From Lytechinus pictus (taxonomy: Eukaryota), in NCBI RefSeq assembly GCF_037042905.1, contig NC_087251.1, forward strand, positions 20,710,001 to 20,774,000: a stretch of DNA of 64,000 nt, written 5' to 3'. Positions 11,801-24,100 of the stretch are shown here, one piece after another. The position numbers were made by a program, and so were the translations under genes. Positions within the stretch are counted from its first letter, which is position 1. The number at the start of each line of letters is the position of its first letter. Under the pieces are notes generated by a model that worked only from the letters and a program-made list of their open reading frames with translations, ran no database searches and was not told the origin of the DNA.

Positions 11801-13789
11801 AGTCAGTATTTTGAAAAGTAGAAACACAACATTGGAGTTGATTAGCCGTTGTTATTTTGCAATTTTGGGGTTTGGGCTGATGTCAGATTTCTAGATTTTT
11901 GTAATCTTCTCACTATCTTATGACTCTTTTTCTTACTTTTGTGACAATATTATATTCTGAGTACTGGTAAATATAAATGAAGTATTAGCAAAAATACATG
12001 ATTAGAAAATACTGATTGCATTTCTAGTGTGGTACATTGTCTCATCCGAGATTTTAAGGGCAATTTAATTCCAACTTTATAAAGATGAACTATGAACTTC
12101 AACTCTCAACAAGTGGAACGCCTAACTTTGCTAACTTTGAAAACTACTATAAAATAATCATTAACAAAAACATCATTTATATAATGACACAATACCACGT
12201 TCATTGACCATAAATGACATTTGAACGGAGACTTAAGACTGTCAACTACACCCATGTCCACATTTCATTCACTCTATCCATAAACTTTCAAAGTTATGAT
12301 AGCACTTTAACAATTACCCCAACATGGCCTAAGTTTATTGACCTTGACTGACCTTTGACTTGGTTTTGTGACCTGATCTCACAGGGGATGTTCAGTGATG
12401 CTTGATTACTCTTATATCCCAAGTTTTATGAACTAGATCCATAAACTTTCAGAGTTAGGATGGTAATTCAATAAATACCCCCAACACGGCCAAAGTTCAT
12501 TGACCTTAAATGACCATTGACCATGGTCATGTGACCTGAAACTCGCACAGGATATTCAGTGGTACTCGATTAACCTAATGTCCAAGTTTCATGAACTAAA
12601 TCCATAAATTTTCAAAGTTATGATGGTAAATCAACAAATACCCCCAACTTGGCCAAAGTTCATTGACCCTAAATGACCTTTGACCATGGTCATGTGACCT
12701 GAAACTCGTACAGGATGTTCAGTGATACTTGATTACTCTTATATCCAAGTTTTATTAACTAGATCCATAAACTTTCAGAGTTAGGATGGTAATTTAACAT
12801 ATACCCCCAACACGGCCAAAGTTCATTGACCCTAAATGACCTTTGACCTTGGTCATGTGACCTGAAACTCAGGCAGGATGTTCACTAATACTTGATTAAC
12901 CTTATGTCCAAGTTTCATGGACTAGATCCATAAATTGTCAAAGTTCTGATAGTAATTCAACAAATACCCCCAACTTGACCAAAGTTCATTGACCCTAAAT
13001 GACCTTTGACCCTGGTCACGTGACCTGAAACTCGAGCAGGATGTTCACTAATACTTGATTAAACTTATGCCTAAGTTTCATGAACTAGGTCCATATACTT
13101 TCTAAGTTATGATGTCATTTCAAAAACTTAACCTTCGGTTAAGATTTTGAAAATAATTTTCCCAACATGGTCTAAGTTCATTGACCCTAAATGACCTTTG
13201 ACCTTGGTCATGTGACCTGAAACTCAGGCAGGATGTTCAGTAATACTTGATTAACCTTATGTCCAAGTTTCATGAACTAGGTCCATATACTTTCTAAGTT
13301 ATGATGTCATTTCAAAAACTTAACCTTAGGTTAAGATTTGATGTTGACGCCGCCGTCGCCGCCACCGCCGTCGGAAAAGCGGCGCCTATAGTCTCGCTGT
13401 GCTATGCAGGCGAGACAATAACTTTGACTCTTTAAACTCGTTAAATTGGTAATGCTAGATGAGCAGATAGACTATTGAGAATCAAATTTGCTTTTTTCAT
13501 TCAGATTCATGTATGAGTAACTGTGAAAAATAAAATATTAGTTTGATTTGTCTTTTGGAAAATTTGATGCCATTATTGGTTAAAGTAATAGTTGTCAGTA
13601 TTGTGGAAGATTATACATGGAGCATGAAAGTATCTCTATTTGGTTAATATTTCTCATTGTTTGTTTATATTCCAGAATTTTGTAGTAGACAAGATCCATG
13701 TTGAGAGGATGGCCAGGCAAGGCTTTGTTGTTTCATCCGCATCATCAGGTAAACGAGAGAGATCAAGAACAAAACTAGAGCGAACATGA
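2850..13789 (+). CDS. CCDC197: CCDC42/CFAP73-family (DUF4200) coiled-coil protein, most like CCDC197; 9 coding exons, 355 aa
   Basis: Exons 2850-2941, 4045-4090, 5203-5379, 6791-6948, 7873-7955, 8428-8597, 10438-10548, 11451-11567, 13676-13789. All are GT-AG and phase-consistent (1068 nt, ending TGA). Protein MAASEATSFPYKLELEPQKQSVFVTQLGERG...LQKTLLLKREVE...KFDKFISETEAKRRRA...KFEEFLMKVLDNIPE...LGRIKMAINNLLEKC...KLHLIMNFVVDK. Family recognised from recalled motifs; exact paralogue less certain than the gene model. Confidence 0.85.
4261..5001. mobile_element. piggyBac-like non-autonomous element (MITE)
   Basis: TTAA|CCCTTTAGCACCT ... AGGTGCTATAGGG|TTAA: 12/13 TIR match and TTAA TSD. Confidence 0.85.
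5010..5090 (+). pseudogene. Degenerate tandem duplicate (pseudo-exon) of CCDC197-like exon 3
   Basis: aacag|TATGCAGGCAAGCTCACAGAGACTGGCTGACTTAACATACTTCAGAAAGCACTCCTCATTAAA (YAGKLTETG*LNILQKALLIK) compared with the real exon aacag|TCTGCAGGCAAACTCATAGAGACTGGACTCAAC... (SAGKLIETGLNTLQKTLLLK). It has an in-frame TGA. Confidence 0.8.
6112..6390 (+). mobile_element. tRNA-derived SINE, full length
   Basis: A box TGGTCTAGTGG, B box GGTTTGAATCC, core CGACCCAGGTGAGGTGAATGGGTACCCGGCAGG, (ATT)n tail. Homologous copies at about 32030 and 56356. Confidence 0.85.
7023..7188. mobile_element. Short MITE with GC-rich TIRs
   Basis: CAGGGGCCGCGGAA ... TTTCGCGGCCCCTG, with internal CAGCCCCCC repeats. Confidence 0.75.
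10830..11380 (+). repeat. Degenerate (CAT/CAC)n microsatellite with an internal duplicated block
   Basis: Long catcat/caccac tract in CCDC197 intron 7. The block CAACATTTTCAT...CCACTGTCACCAA occurs twice (about 10900 and 11195). Confidence 0.9.
12108..13420 (-). mobile_element. Helentron-associated (HINE/DINE-like) element with internal 163-bp tandem array
   Basis: Minus-strand 5' end TTGTCTCGCCTGCATAGCACAGCGAGAC (sub-terminal hairpin) plus (GGC)n microsatellite; 3' end ...GTTCCACTTGTT. Units start at about 12329, 12491, 12654, 12817, 12980 and 13172. Confidence 0.75.
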
Positions 13790-13944
13790 GAGTGTACTCC
13801 CTTTCAGGCGACCCAGAGTGGTGTCAGAAGTACATGTTTGTAATTGGTCAGTTATACCATGGAGTATCATGTAGTCCCTTCATTGGTTCTGTGTACAGAG
13901 AGAATTATCAGAGGCGTGCTCTTCTCCGATGTGGTTAATAATGT

Positions 13945-14095
13945 CATTTAATAATAATAATCCGCTTTTATATAGCGCTTGATAATCGGAACGACGTGTC
14001 AAAGCGCTTTACAGATATATTATTACCCCGGTCATCGGATTCAATCAGTCATTCCCACACTCAATGTGTGCACATCCTCCACTCCCTGGGGAGTA
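13945..14095 (-). mobile_element. SINE 3' fragment just downstream of the CCDC197-like stop
   Basis: (AAT)n...TATATAGCGC...AAAGCGCTTTAC...ATTATTACCCCGG resembles the tail of the SINEs at 6112 and 56356. Confidence 0.55.
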
Positions 14096-15381
14096 AGTAT
14101 TTGATTGGCTCATAGCTATTCATGGTATCACTCTTACTGTACATCCACCCTGAGGTGTCCATTTTAAAGAGACTCTTCAACCTATTAAAGATACTTTATT
14201 AATATGTGATCCCATCTCCCATCATTTGTGAATGTTTTTGGCCGTATGCCTCCTTGGTCTGCATCATTGTCATCGAAAGAGCAAAGTTGGTATTGGCATC
14301 ATAATTGGTGTCAATGTCATTGTATATGGCATCAGATCAAACGATTCTGTGTTCAGAAATACTTTGAAGGACTGGGACCCATTTTACAAAGCATAATTGA
14401 TATAATCACTCTCAACGATGAGTAAATCCTCATGCATTTTATCCATCAGTATGATTCTTCTTGATTACAAAGGGATATGTGTACAGACAAAGAATTATGG
14501 CATTCCATAGTTGAGACTGATTGGATCAATCACTTTCCTTTGTGAGACAAGGCTGTGGGCTCAGATCTCAATCTACATGTTCTGTAATTGGAAATGTGGA
14601 TCATTATGATGGTGTAAAGTAATAGTCATGAATGTTTCTTTGCTTAAGAGCATGATTTGTTTATCACCATTATTTTTTAATTATTTCTTCTTTTTTTTTT
14701 GCATTTCTGGTGGTCACATAGCCATGAATGCACAAGACATCTGTCATATTTGCTACTCAATTTTTATTTTATTTTGGAAAATTTAATCACTATTGTATGC
14801 ATGGAAAATGTTAGCTCTTTCGTGTTCATATCATTTTTCAGACCTAGTGTTCAAATTGTAACAAAGATCACGTTTTCCTACATATACAGTACATGTATAT
14901 GTAACAAGTGGTTTAATTCCAAGATATGTAAACCCTTTCTTTTTCAGAACACTGCATTACTGCATTGGGGGAAAAAAAATGCTCACTTCATTCATTGTTC
15001 ATATTTTTACTATACTGCACAAATAAATTTTGAACTCTAATCATGATTGTTATTCAATTTATTGAAATTATTTATATAAAACTGTCCATGTGAAATGCTT
15101 GTGTATTAAAGTGATCAAAGGAATGAACAAATTTATTGTGATCAAAGTATATATGCATGTATTCTATTAACAAAGCTTAAATACAATCATGAAGCAAATC
15201 TTATGATGTAAAAATCATGGATCAAGACGTAGTGTTGTAAGTCTGTTTCAAATCAATTCAATAAACATGGCAGATATATGGGCGATTTCAGATAGTGTTG
15301 GATGTTAAGAGAGCATTGGTCGGGCTGCTAATCTGAACTCCAAAATAGACTTTGAATTTTTGAGTTTCTATGATCGCTTAA

Positions 15382-16127
15382 CCCTATCTAGGCTGGGGTA
15401 TTTTGGGAGTTCATATGGCCGAGGGGGGGGGCCTCTCAGCCCCCCCTGAGATCTCTGCCGTTGGCCGCGCGATCGCACCGAAAATTGGCTTGCAGGTTGT
15501 CTTGGATATGATCTACAAAGCTGTATAGTAATTTATTTCATGCAAATTGCTATTAAGTGATTATGCTAATTTATGCATAATTAGTATGCAAAATCATACT
15601 TTTCCCTCTAACTCCCTAATAAAGCTCCAAATGTTCCAATTTCTGGTAAAAAAACTCTTTTTGGTGTTCCTAGTAAGTGTACAGAAAAAACATTGCGATA
15701 TCAGATCAATTTCTTATGTATTTTATTGTTTTTTGCAATTTCTTACGTATTTCTTTGTTTTTCATTGTTTTTTCAATAAAATTTGTTGGGGATTCTTCTT
15801 AGATCATAAACAGCATAAAATAAATACATTTAGACCAGCAAAACTAAAAGTAATCGTACATTTATGATTTTTGGTTGAAAACACTATTTGCATTGACTTT
15901 GTACACAAAATCATGTTTTTGAGCAATTTTTGGTCTGACATGCACTTACATAATGTTGCGTAATTTCAGAAGCACGTACCCGGGTGACGCAAAACTGGTC
16001 TCAAAAGTTGCGCAAGACTTGAAAGTAAAAAGTCAGTGGCGGCGCGGTCAAAAAATTTCGCGCGGCGAAAATATTGCGCGAATCGTTGAGGGGGGCCTCT
16101 GAGGCCCCCCCCCTGGCCTGGATAGGG
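15382..16127. mobile_element. piggyBac-like non-autonomous element
   Basis: TTAA|CCCTATCTAGGC ... GCCTGGATAGGG|TTAA, with subterminal GAGGGGGGCCTCT...CCCCCC repeats. Confidence 0.85.
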
Positions 16128-16536
16128 TTAAAGCTCAACACCAAGTGATATTAATCTTAACAGCAGCCTCTCCTCAAGTTTAACGTTGCGTGTGTTTTTA
16201 TTTTGACCTAGAACCCCAAAACAACATTCAACACCTTGAGTGAGATCACACACCTTAGTTCACTTTAGATCTACACCATTTACTTATATTTAGTTTTCAA
16301 TTACTGAATTTAAATTTCTTGCTTTAAGCATAAAAATAATTTTTTATAACTGAGATTCTGAGTAATTTGTAGCTTTCTATCTTTAATTTCTTTTTAAATA
16401 TGTCATTTTTCAATCAATTCAATCACAAAAATAATTGTATCAGGAGAGATGTTACATTGCACTTTATAATTATATTCAAGAGGTATTTATAATATTTTCA
16501 AGAAAATCTTCACATTTTGTTTGGTAAAAAACATGT

Positions 16537-16699
16537 CAGGGGCCTGTTTCATACAGGACTTGTAACTGTTGTAACTTTGCCATAATGGCAACTACCATGG
16601 TAACAGGGCTCAGCAGCCAATCATAATTAAGGTTTCCATGGTAGTTGCCACAATGGCAAAGTTACAACAGTTGCAAGTCCTTTATGAAACGGGCCCCTG
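16537..16699. mobile_element. Palindromic MITE (Harbinger-like)
   Basis: CAGGGGCCTGTTTCATA...TATGAAACGGGCCCCTG with arms of about 60 bp. A relative is at 22310-22471. Confidence 0.85.
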
Positions 16700-19698
16700 A
16701 TGTGTAATACAAGTGGTATTGAGAACAGTGTTATGTTCTGTATTCAATTTTGAATCCTTTGTCTCATTAATATCTTGGATTTTTTGTGAGGAATCCTACA
16801 TTTAATTTCTTACATTGGCAATAAATAAGGAGACACAGAAATATTCTTTTATTGTTCAAAATTGTGAAATCATACATTGTCTTTACAGGCATTATATCCT
16901 CAATAATATCTTTTACATGCTGCAATAGTAATTCCAAGTTTGAGGATATAATTTGATTGAATGAACACTATCTTTTTTTTCCTAGAAGAATTTATTGATA
17001 ATAAATTTTGTATAAGTTAATTTTTTTTAAAGTCATGTATCAGTAAGTGTACTTAGCTGTACAAAAGTATTAAAGAGAACCTTACACTTTAGGGGCCCTT
17101 TCATTATCTTTATCTATAGTTAAATATTTTTGGTATAAAATATTTAAATTTTGAGCAAAGAAAGAAAGAACACAAACTCCAACTATGCATAAATATGTCC
17201 ATGTTAAAGTCTTGCCAGTACTGAATTGTAAATTTTAAATGTGTATATATGTTTTAACTATTTCTAGTGCCTATATATCTCAAGCATGAATACTTTGTTT
17301 GATCATAGGTTTGATGCACCATGTTTTGACTCATGCCCACACTTTTTTGTTTACTTTTTATTATTTTCAATGGGCATTTTGGTTTCATCTTCAGTCCATT
17401 TGTTTTTCCAAAAAAAATGTTAATATGCCCAAAAGAGGAAGCTTCTTTTCTTTGTACCTGTACATCTATTTTCACCATGATCAATTCAAGAGACATGTAT
17501 CATAAATTGAAGGAGATTTTGGGGTGCATGAGGATATGTGTCCCCCCCCCCCCATCCAAAAAATAATTTGCTAAACACTTATTGATCAATTATCTGTGCC
17601 ACCCACCCCCAATTTTACAAAAAAACTGGATCCAACCGTTCATCATGAACTTTCCATAAAGTCCCTCTAATAATCTCCCTTTCAAAGACTAGATATCATT
17701 GCGAAATAAAAAATAATTCTGTCACAGTTTACCTGATTACAAATTGATTTCACTTGCCATAATATGCTTAATTTAATTTAATTTCCTCTTTTTCTTTAAA
17801 TAATTTTTTTGTCTAAGTCAATGGAGTTTCCCTGACTGTTGTATTAAGCAATTGGTCTATTGAAATATCACATGTAGAAATTATAATGCTCTCCTTTTCT
17901 ACTTTTTTTTCTTTTTCATAAAATCAGGAAACCTCACTATGCCCATTCTGAACAATTCCTTCAAAGGCAACCAGGAATGTTTCATATTATATCTATATAT
18001 GTAATATAGATAAGTGTATCTTGGTATGTTTCACATGTAAAAATAAAGTAACCAATACTCAAGATCGTTTAGAGGCTTAAACACTTGTGATCATTTCTAA
18101 TGCATTTATATTGTATTAGTAAAGAGGTTATAGGGAGCTACATGTATATTAAGAGATATAAAAGAAATTTGAGATGAGATATACTGAACCTACACTGTAA
18201 CTTTTCCTTTTTTTAATTTGCCAGAACTCCAATTTCATATGGAATGAAATAGCAGCAGAAGCATTTAGAGGCAGTGATTAATTATATTATATTTGATGGC
18301 TCGGAATGGAATATCTGAAATATTCCATGCATTGCAGATGAGTGGAATATTGGCCCTATCGAGTGAAATATTTCTGATATTCCATGAAATAAAGCCATCC
18401 AATATAATTATCTTCTTATACCACCCCCCCCCCCCCAAAAAAAAAAGAGGGAGAAATTTGATTGAACAAGTCATATCAATTATTCCATTATGGCATCATC
18501 ACTTTATTTGGATCAAATTTGTTGTTGACATGTGACTTTCATGTAGTTCTTTATGACATCATTGAATGTCATTGTCCTCTATGCTGCGCATCGCATTGCT
18601 TTCATTGTTGTTCGCGTTGTATATTTCACGCATTCGCGCATTTGCACTAGACTGTTCAATACGCTCTCATATTCAATGGCAAATTTTGTACAGGAGCCTA
18701 TGGGATATTCAACAGATTTTGGTCATATTTGAGATACGCTCGGGTATTGAACGGGCAATTGATGCATACCAAAATAAGTGTTTTAATATATCGCTAAAAC
18801 ACTCTATATAGATGATAATTGTTCATTTCTTTTTCTCAAAAGTAAAACATGAAAGAGTGTATCCAGAGTTTTATTAAAGTTAGAGAAGAAAAGGAAAAAT
18901 TGCAAAAATATTGGGTACCCCACTTTTGAGGCATAATTATTTATTACAACTTGTTTTTATGTAACCTTTCATCTTTCATGTATCTGACCATGAATTCAAA
19001 ATTTAAAATGAACTATCTTACAAACCAAAACTAAAAAGGGATATAGTCTTCAAATTATGTGGAGTATAACAATAGGGACAAGCCTGATAGACTGCAATGT
19101 CTGTATAATAAACACATCAGTAAACAATGACATATAAATAGTAAATATGAATAAATTACTTTATTAATTTTTATGTACATATAGAATATACTATAAATAA
19201 TGAAAATATATACTATTTGATATCTCAATAATTTTTTTTTGATGTGCAGCATTCACAAATTGCTTATGAAGATTCATTTTCAATATGACAATAAATTTTA
19301 TTTTTTCAATAAATTATAATGGACAGTATGAACGGTTTGATGTCACCATGACCAGCTCAGACTTTTATAAATTCTATGCTATTTAGTTACATATAACTAA
19401 TTCCAGTATCTGAAAGGCTTGGTTTCCTAATTTTAAAAAGAGAAATGAATACATGCACCCAATACATTAATCACAAGTTCAAACCGATAAGAAGATTATA
19501 AATGTAAGCCACTGAAAATGTGTTTGCTTATTCTTTGCTCTAGATTCTCTGAGAAAGAAAACAAAATATGAGAATTTTAAATAAAAAAACAAATGAAAAT
19601 AGAAAATTGAAATAAAAAAAACACAGAAAATTTCAAGTTAAAACAAACTATCAATAAACAAGTCACCACCTTGTAAAAAAAGAAAGAAAACAAATGAA

Positions 19699-20474
19699 AA
19701 CAAGTGGAACGTCTTTGGCAGTCTAGACTGCATTATATGATTCAAAAGAGCAGCAGCCTTGACTTAGAAAAGAATAATTGTTCTAAAAAGATAAAGAAAA
19801 AATAATAATTAAAAATTAAGTTTGCTGACCTTAAATGACCTTTGACATGACTTGTTTTTCATTTTATATCATTTGTGATATCCAATAACCATCTCATAAC
19901 AGTTTCATTTTATCTGATGATAATGAATAAATATAAATTTAATATTTCCTTAACCCAGTAATCGGAAATTATACTCATCTAATTTCTGATACATGTTAAC
20001 CATTATATCAAAGTTTAAATTATTAGTACTAGATTACTTGTAATTTCAACACATTCTTGAAAATTCAAAATATTCAGCTTTGCTTATTTTTTATCACTTT
20101 ATTGACCAACAAATGTCCTTTGACCTTTCCCTAGAGAACTGAAATTACATTCATACACTGGCTAATGGAATATATGTGGGTATTAGGATATAGGAAATTA
20201 TACTTTAGATATTGTCTATTTTTATGTTGATATAACATGTTCAGAGTCCATTGACCCTATTTGGACATTGACTTTGATCATGTGACCTTTAACACATGTC
20301 AAATGATCAGTGATACTTCATTACCTTATGTCCAAATTTCATGAAATAAGTCCTTATACTTTCAAAGTTATGATGACATTTTAAAACTTAACTTTGGTTA
20401 AGATTTGATGACGGCTATGCCGCAATTAGAAAAGCACCGCCAGTCTCACTTCTGCTATGCAGGTAAGGTGACAA
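19699..20474 (-). mobile_element. Degenerate second copy of the HINE-like element
   Basis: Same termini as 12108-13420 (AACAAGTGGAACG...; ...GTCTCACTTCTGCTATGCAGG) and decayed TGACCTTTGAC units. Confidence 0.65.
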
Positions 20475-21106
20475 TGAGCTTGTCACATCATAATCAAACT
20501 CCTTCGCCCCACAGCCTCATTCAATTTTTTTGGAGCAATCCAAACTTCCGATTGCTGTAATTTTGTTATTCATTATCCAGTTATGATGGAATTTTTCAAA
20601 TTTTTGCTTGTTTCTCTTCATGCTTTCTATTTTAATCAACTTAAACATGAGGGTTGCCCTTTACACCCGCCGCTAATATTTTAAAATCATGACATACTCC
20701 CTGGTTAGCCTCATTGACTTATGGTACGGAATCAGAATAAATATACACTGTATAGTGGAAGTTGCCATTGCAGTAAAAGTTTTGAGAATGGAAGGGTAAT
20801 GAAAGCCTTAATGTCTTTTTCAAAGAACCAACCAGACAGGTGAATTCAGTCAGAAGTACGCTAAAATCGAGAAGGGGCAAATATTTTCGTTCATACTTCA
20901 TCCTTCATTTTTGTAAAAAATGTACAAATATCTTGAATTTGGTGCCACAATTCAGATAAGGGATATATACTTCGGATCACAAGGAAAACAAAATTGTTAT
21001 CATATTACCCCTAGATATAAAACTTGTTTTGCAAAGTTTCAAGAATAAAGAATTGTACTCTTTAGATGTCTCTTTCCGAATGTCTGGTCAAGGTAGCTGT
21101 TTCATT

Positions 21107-24100
21107 CTATGCATCATCCATCGTCTGAAAGAGAAACAGAATATCTAAAGTTAGTTCAAGAAGATTTAAGAAAAAAAAAACAAGTGTATATTTAGTTACC
21201 AATATGTGTATGGCATTTCCATTTATTAGAATGTAGGATAAAGAGCACTATTGATTGAATGCCTTGCTCAGTTTCAAGTGTCTAATGGGGCACCTTGGAC
21301 CACTTAGCCACAGCACCTCCAGATTTTATGACAATCATCAAGCTGCCAAGAACGTCAAGTTATTTTCTCTTTCAGATATTTTCTAAAGGTTAGGCCAACC
21401 AGTCACTGTGAAATAAACAGCAATATGCATCTTAAGCAAGATTATATCAAAAAGTTTGTGACAACCATTTATTCCATTTTGAAATACAGGGTCAATGCAG
21501 GAAAGGAAATGACACAAAAATAATTCACATTGTTATATTTTTCTTGTTCTATTTGTTTCATAAAGGAGGGTGTATGCATTGGCATTCATATAGAAATATT
21601 GTAATTTCAAACCATATTTCAAAGTTCAGCTAATATTTTATAGATTTTTATACATTTTCTTTAGAAGCTTCCATCTTTTTTGAAGTGATAAATACACTGG
21701 AAAAGACAAGAATTCAGAGTAAACTCACATCTTGAACTAAGAGAATGACTTTGTCCAAAGTTCCTTGTTGATTACGCAAGATATGCCCATTTTGTTCAAT
21801 AGCAGCAAGCAGTCGTAGGAAGTGACCAAGGTATTTCTTATCACTGTAGTATAGAACATAAAAACAAGAGGATATAGATGCATTGATAAATCATTAATTT
21901 AGATTATTAAAGCAAAATACAGAAATAATATATATATAAAAAGTCACTTGTAAGAGTGAGAAACTTATTATCTTTTTGTTTGTCGAATCTTTCTTAGAGA
22001 AAATGAAATAATTTTTGGAATCTTGCCATCCCCTCTTTTGATTGTCAAAAAAGAAAATTCTGCAAATCAAAATCAATAAACTTTTTTGTGTCCCAACCCC
22101 TTAAAATAATTCTAGATCTACCATTTGGAATACTTGAATGAGTTTATTCTTACCTTGTAGTGTAATGGTCTTCGTCATAGTAATCATCAATGGTTTTTAT
22201 CGTGATGTTGGCATTAGTTATAGAAGAGACTGCATAAATGGAAACATTGAGTAGAGTACAGTTGCATTAATAAGGTGCTTTTACATTAGAGGAATAGTCC
22301 AAAACTTGTCAGGAGGCTGTTTCATAAAGACTTACGATGATAGTAACTGTGCTATTGTATGGTAATTACCATGGAAACCTTGATTGTGATTGGCTGCTAA
22401 GCCCTGTTACCATGGTAGTTTTCATGATGTCAAAGTATCCAGAGTAGTAACTCTAACGAAACAGACTCCTGGATTCAGTTACTGCTATATTACATTTACA
22501 GTGAAATGAACAAGAACCATTATCAGTGCTACAGTCCAGAATAGTCAAGAAGATCAATAAAACGTCATTGACTGACTCTGACATTTGCTCTAGTGTGGGA
22601 ACTCTCTACTCTGTCATCAAGTGTTGTCTTGTCTATCCCTTGTTGCCCACAATCATAAAAGCTGATTATTATGGCAAGTTGAATAAGGAAGATCACTGAA
22701 GAGGACACCTGTCCTGCAATGTCTCAAGCCAGAGATCTAGTATCATCCCCCTTATCGGCCAACTTTCTTCTTCATTATCATTTCTTATTTTTTGTCTGTC
22801 GCCACTACTTGCTAACTCTTGACACAAATGTGTCAAGAGTGTAATACAATATTACATTGATGACAAACTAAAAATCAATTGAATCTCTGCCACCAATGGT
22901 GGAAAGCCAATAGAAATGCAGGTTTCCCTGGTAATATTTATTATAACTGATGATGGCCAAAGAAAATGAATGGTAACTCTGCTACCAATGAATCCACAAT
23001 GGCAGCATCCTTTCAATCCGTCAATAGAGTACCCAAGTGATGACATCACAAAAACTTTTTTGCATTTCAGCATTTTTGATACCATATCCTGGTAGAGCAT
23101 GATGAAAAACCCCCACTTTTAAAATTTTGAGAGAATCGGTCCATGGATCGAGGCCTGAGATATGACCTCATGAATACATAATCAGCCCCATTGAAGTCAA
23201 TGTATTCATGAGGTCATATCTTGAGTCCCCAAGGACCGATTCCCAGCATATATGGGTTGTGGGGGTTTTTCATCATGCTCTACCAAAATATTGTTTAAAA
23301 AAAGCTAAAATGCAAACAGTGAATATTGATGACCTCACACTTCGGTATTCTATAAGCAACAACAGGTATCTTTAACAGACATCATAAGATCCATGCAGAA
23401 ACCAATGAATCAATTTCCTTCATATTTCGCATGCTTTGAGAATAATCTTAAAATCCTACAATGACAAACAATATACCTACATCATGGGTCATTTTACAAA
23501 GATTTAATTCTGAATATGATTGGTATTTAATAATAATTCCCAGCTGTGTGTGGTATATAACGCTAACGCATCACTGATTAGTCAGACCATGCTCAGGGAA
23601 TGTGCTGTCAAAATCATAATCATGTTAATTGCACGTTCACACTTAATAAGCTTGACTGTTTATAGTTGTTAGTTGTTGACACTTATCATAACTTTTGTGA
23701 AACTCTTCCCTGGTTAGAAATAGAGGAGAAATGATGATTACCTGTTGGTTTAGCAGCCAGTGGATTTGAATGTGTTCCATCATCAAACAGAGCATCTTCC
23801 GCCTCTTTCTAGGAATGCAAGAATTCAAGAAAGGTCAAAGGATTTGTGAATTATGCATTAAGTTTTCATTTTGACAATGGCTTAAATGGTGTAATTCAGG
23901 AGAAGTAACATAGTGCCTTTTCATTTGCCGATATGTATATTATGTATAGAAAGAGAAAATAAAGAGACAAAACAAATGGCTGGAGTATGTCTGCATTTCA
24001 GTAGCTGTTAAAACATTAATTTTTCACTAACTTTGTGGAAATAAGATAGGAAATAGGTATGATCATTTTTAAATTACCAGTTCATTCTATCAAGCTTATA

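Noticed and set aside
12300..13330. Regularly spaced repeats superficially like a CRISPR array
   Set aside because: Whole 163-bp units repeat with no unique spacers; eukaryotic context; no cas genes.
19548..20697. Possible 3'-UTR intron of CATSPER1 (GTATGT donor near 20697, tttctttctcag acceptor near 19548)
   Set aside because: Only splice-like motifs with no frame constraint; cannot be supported without transcripts.
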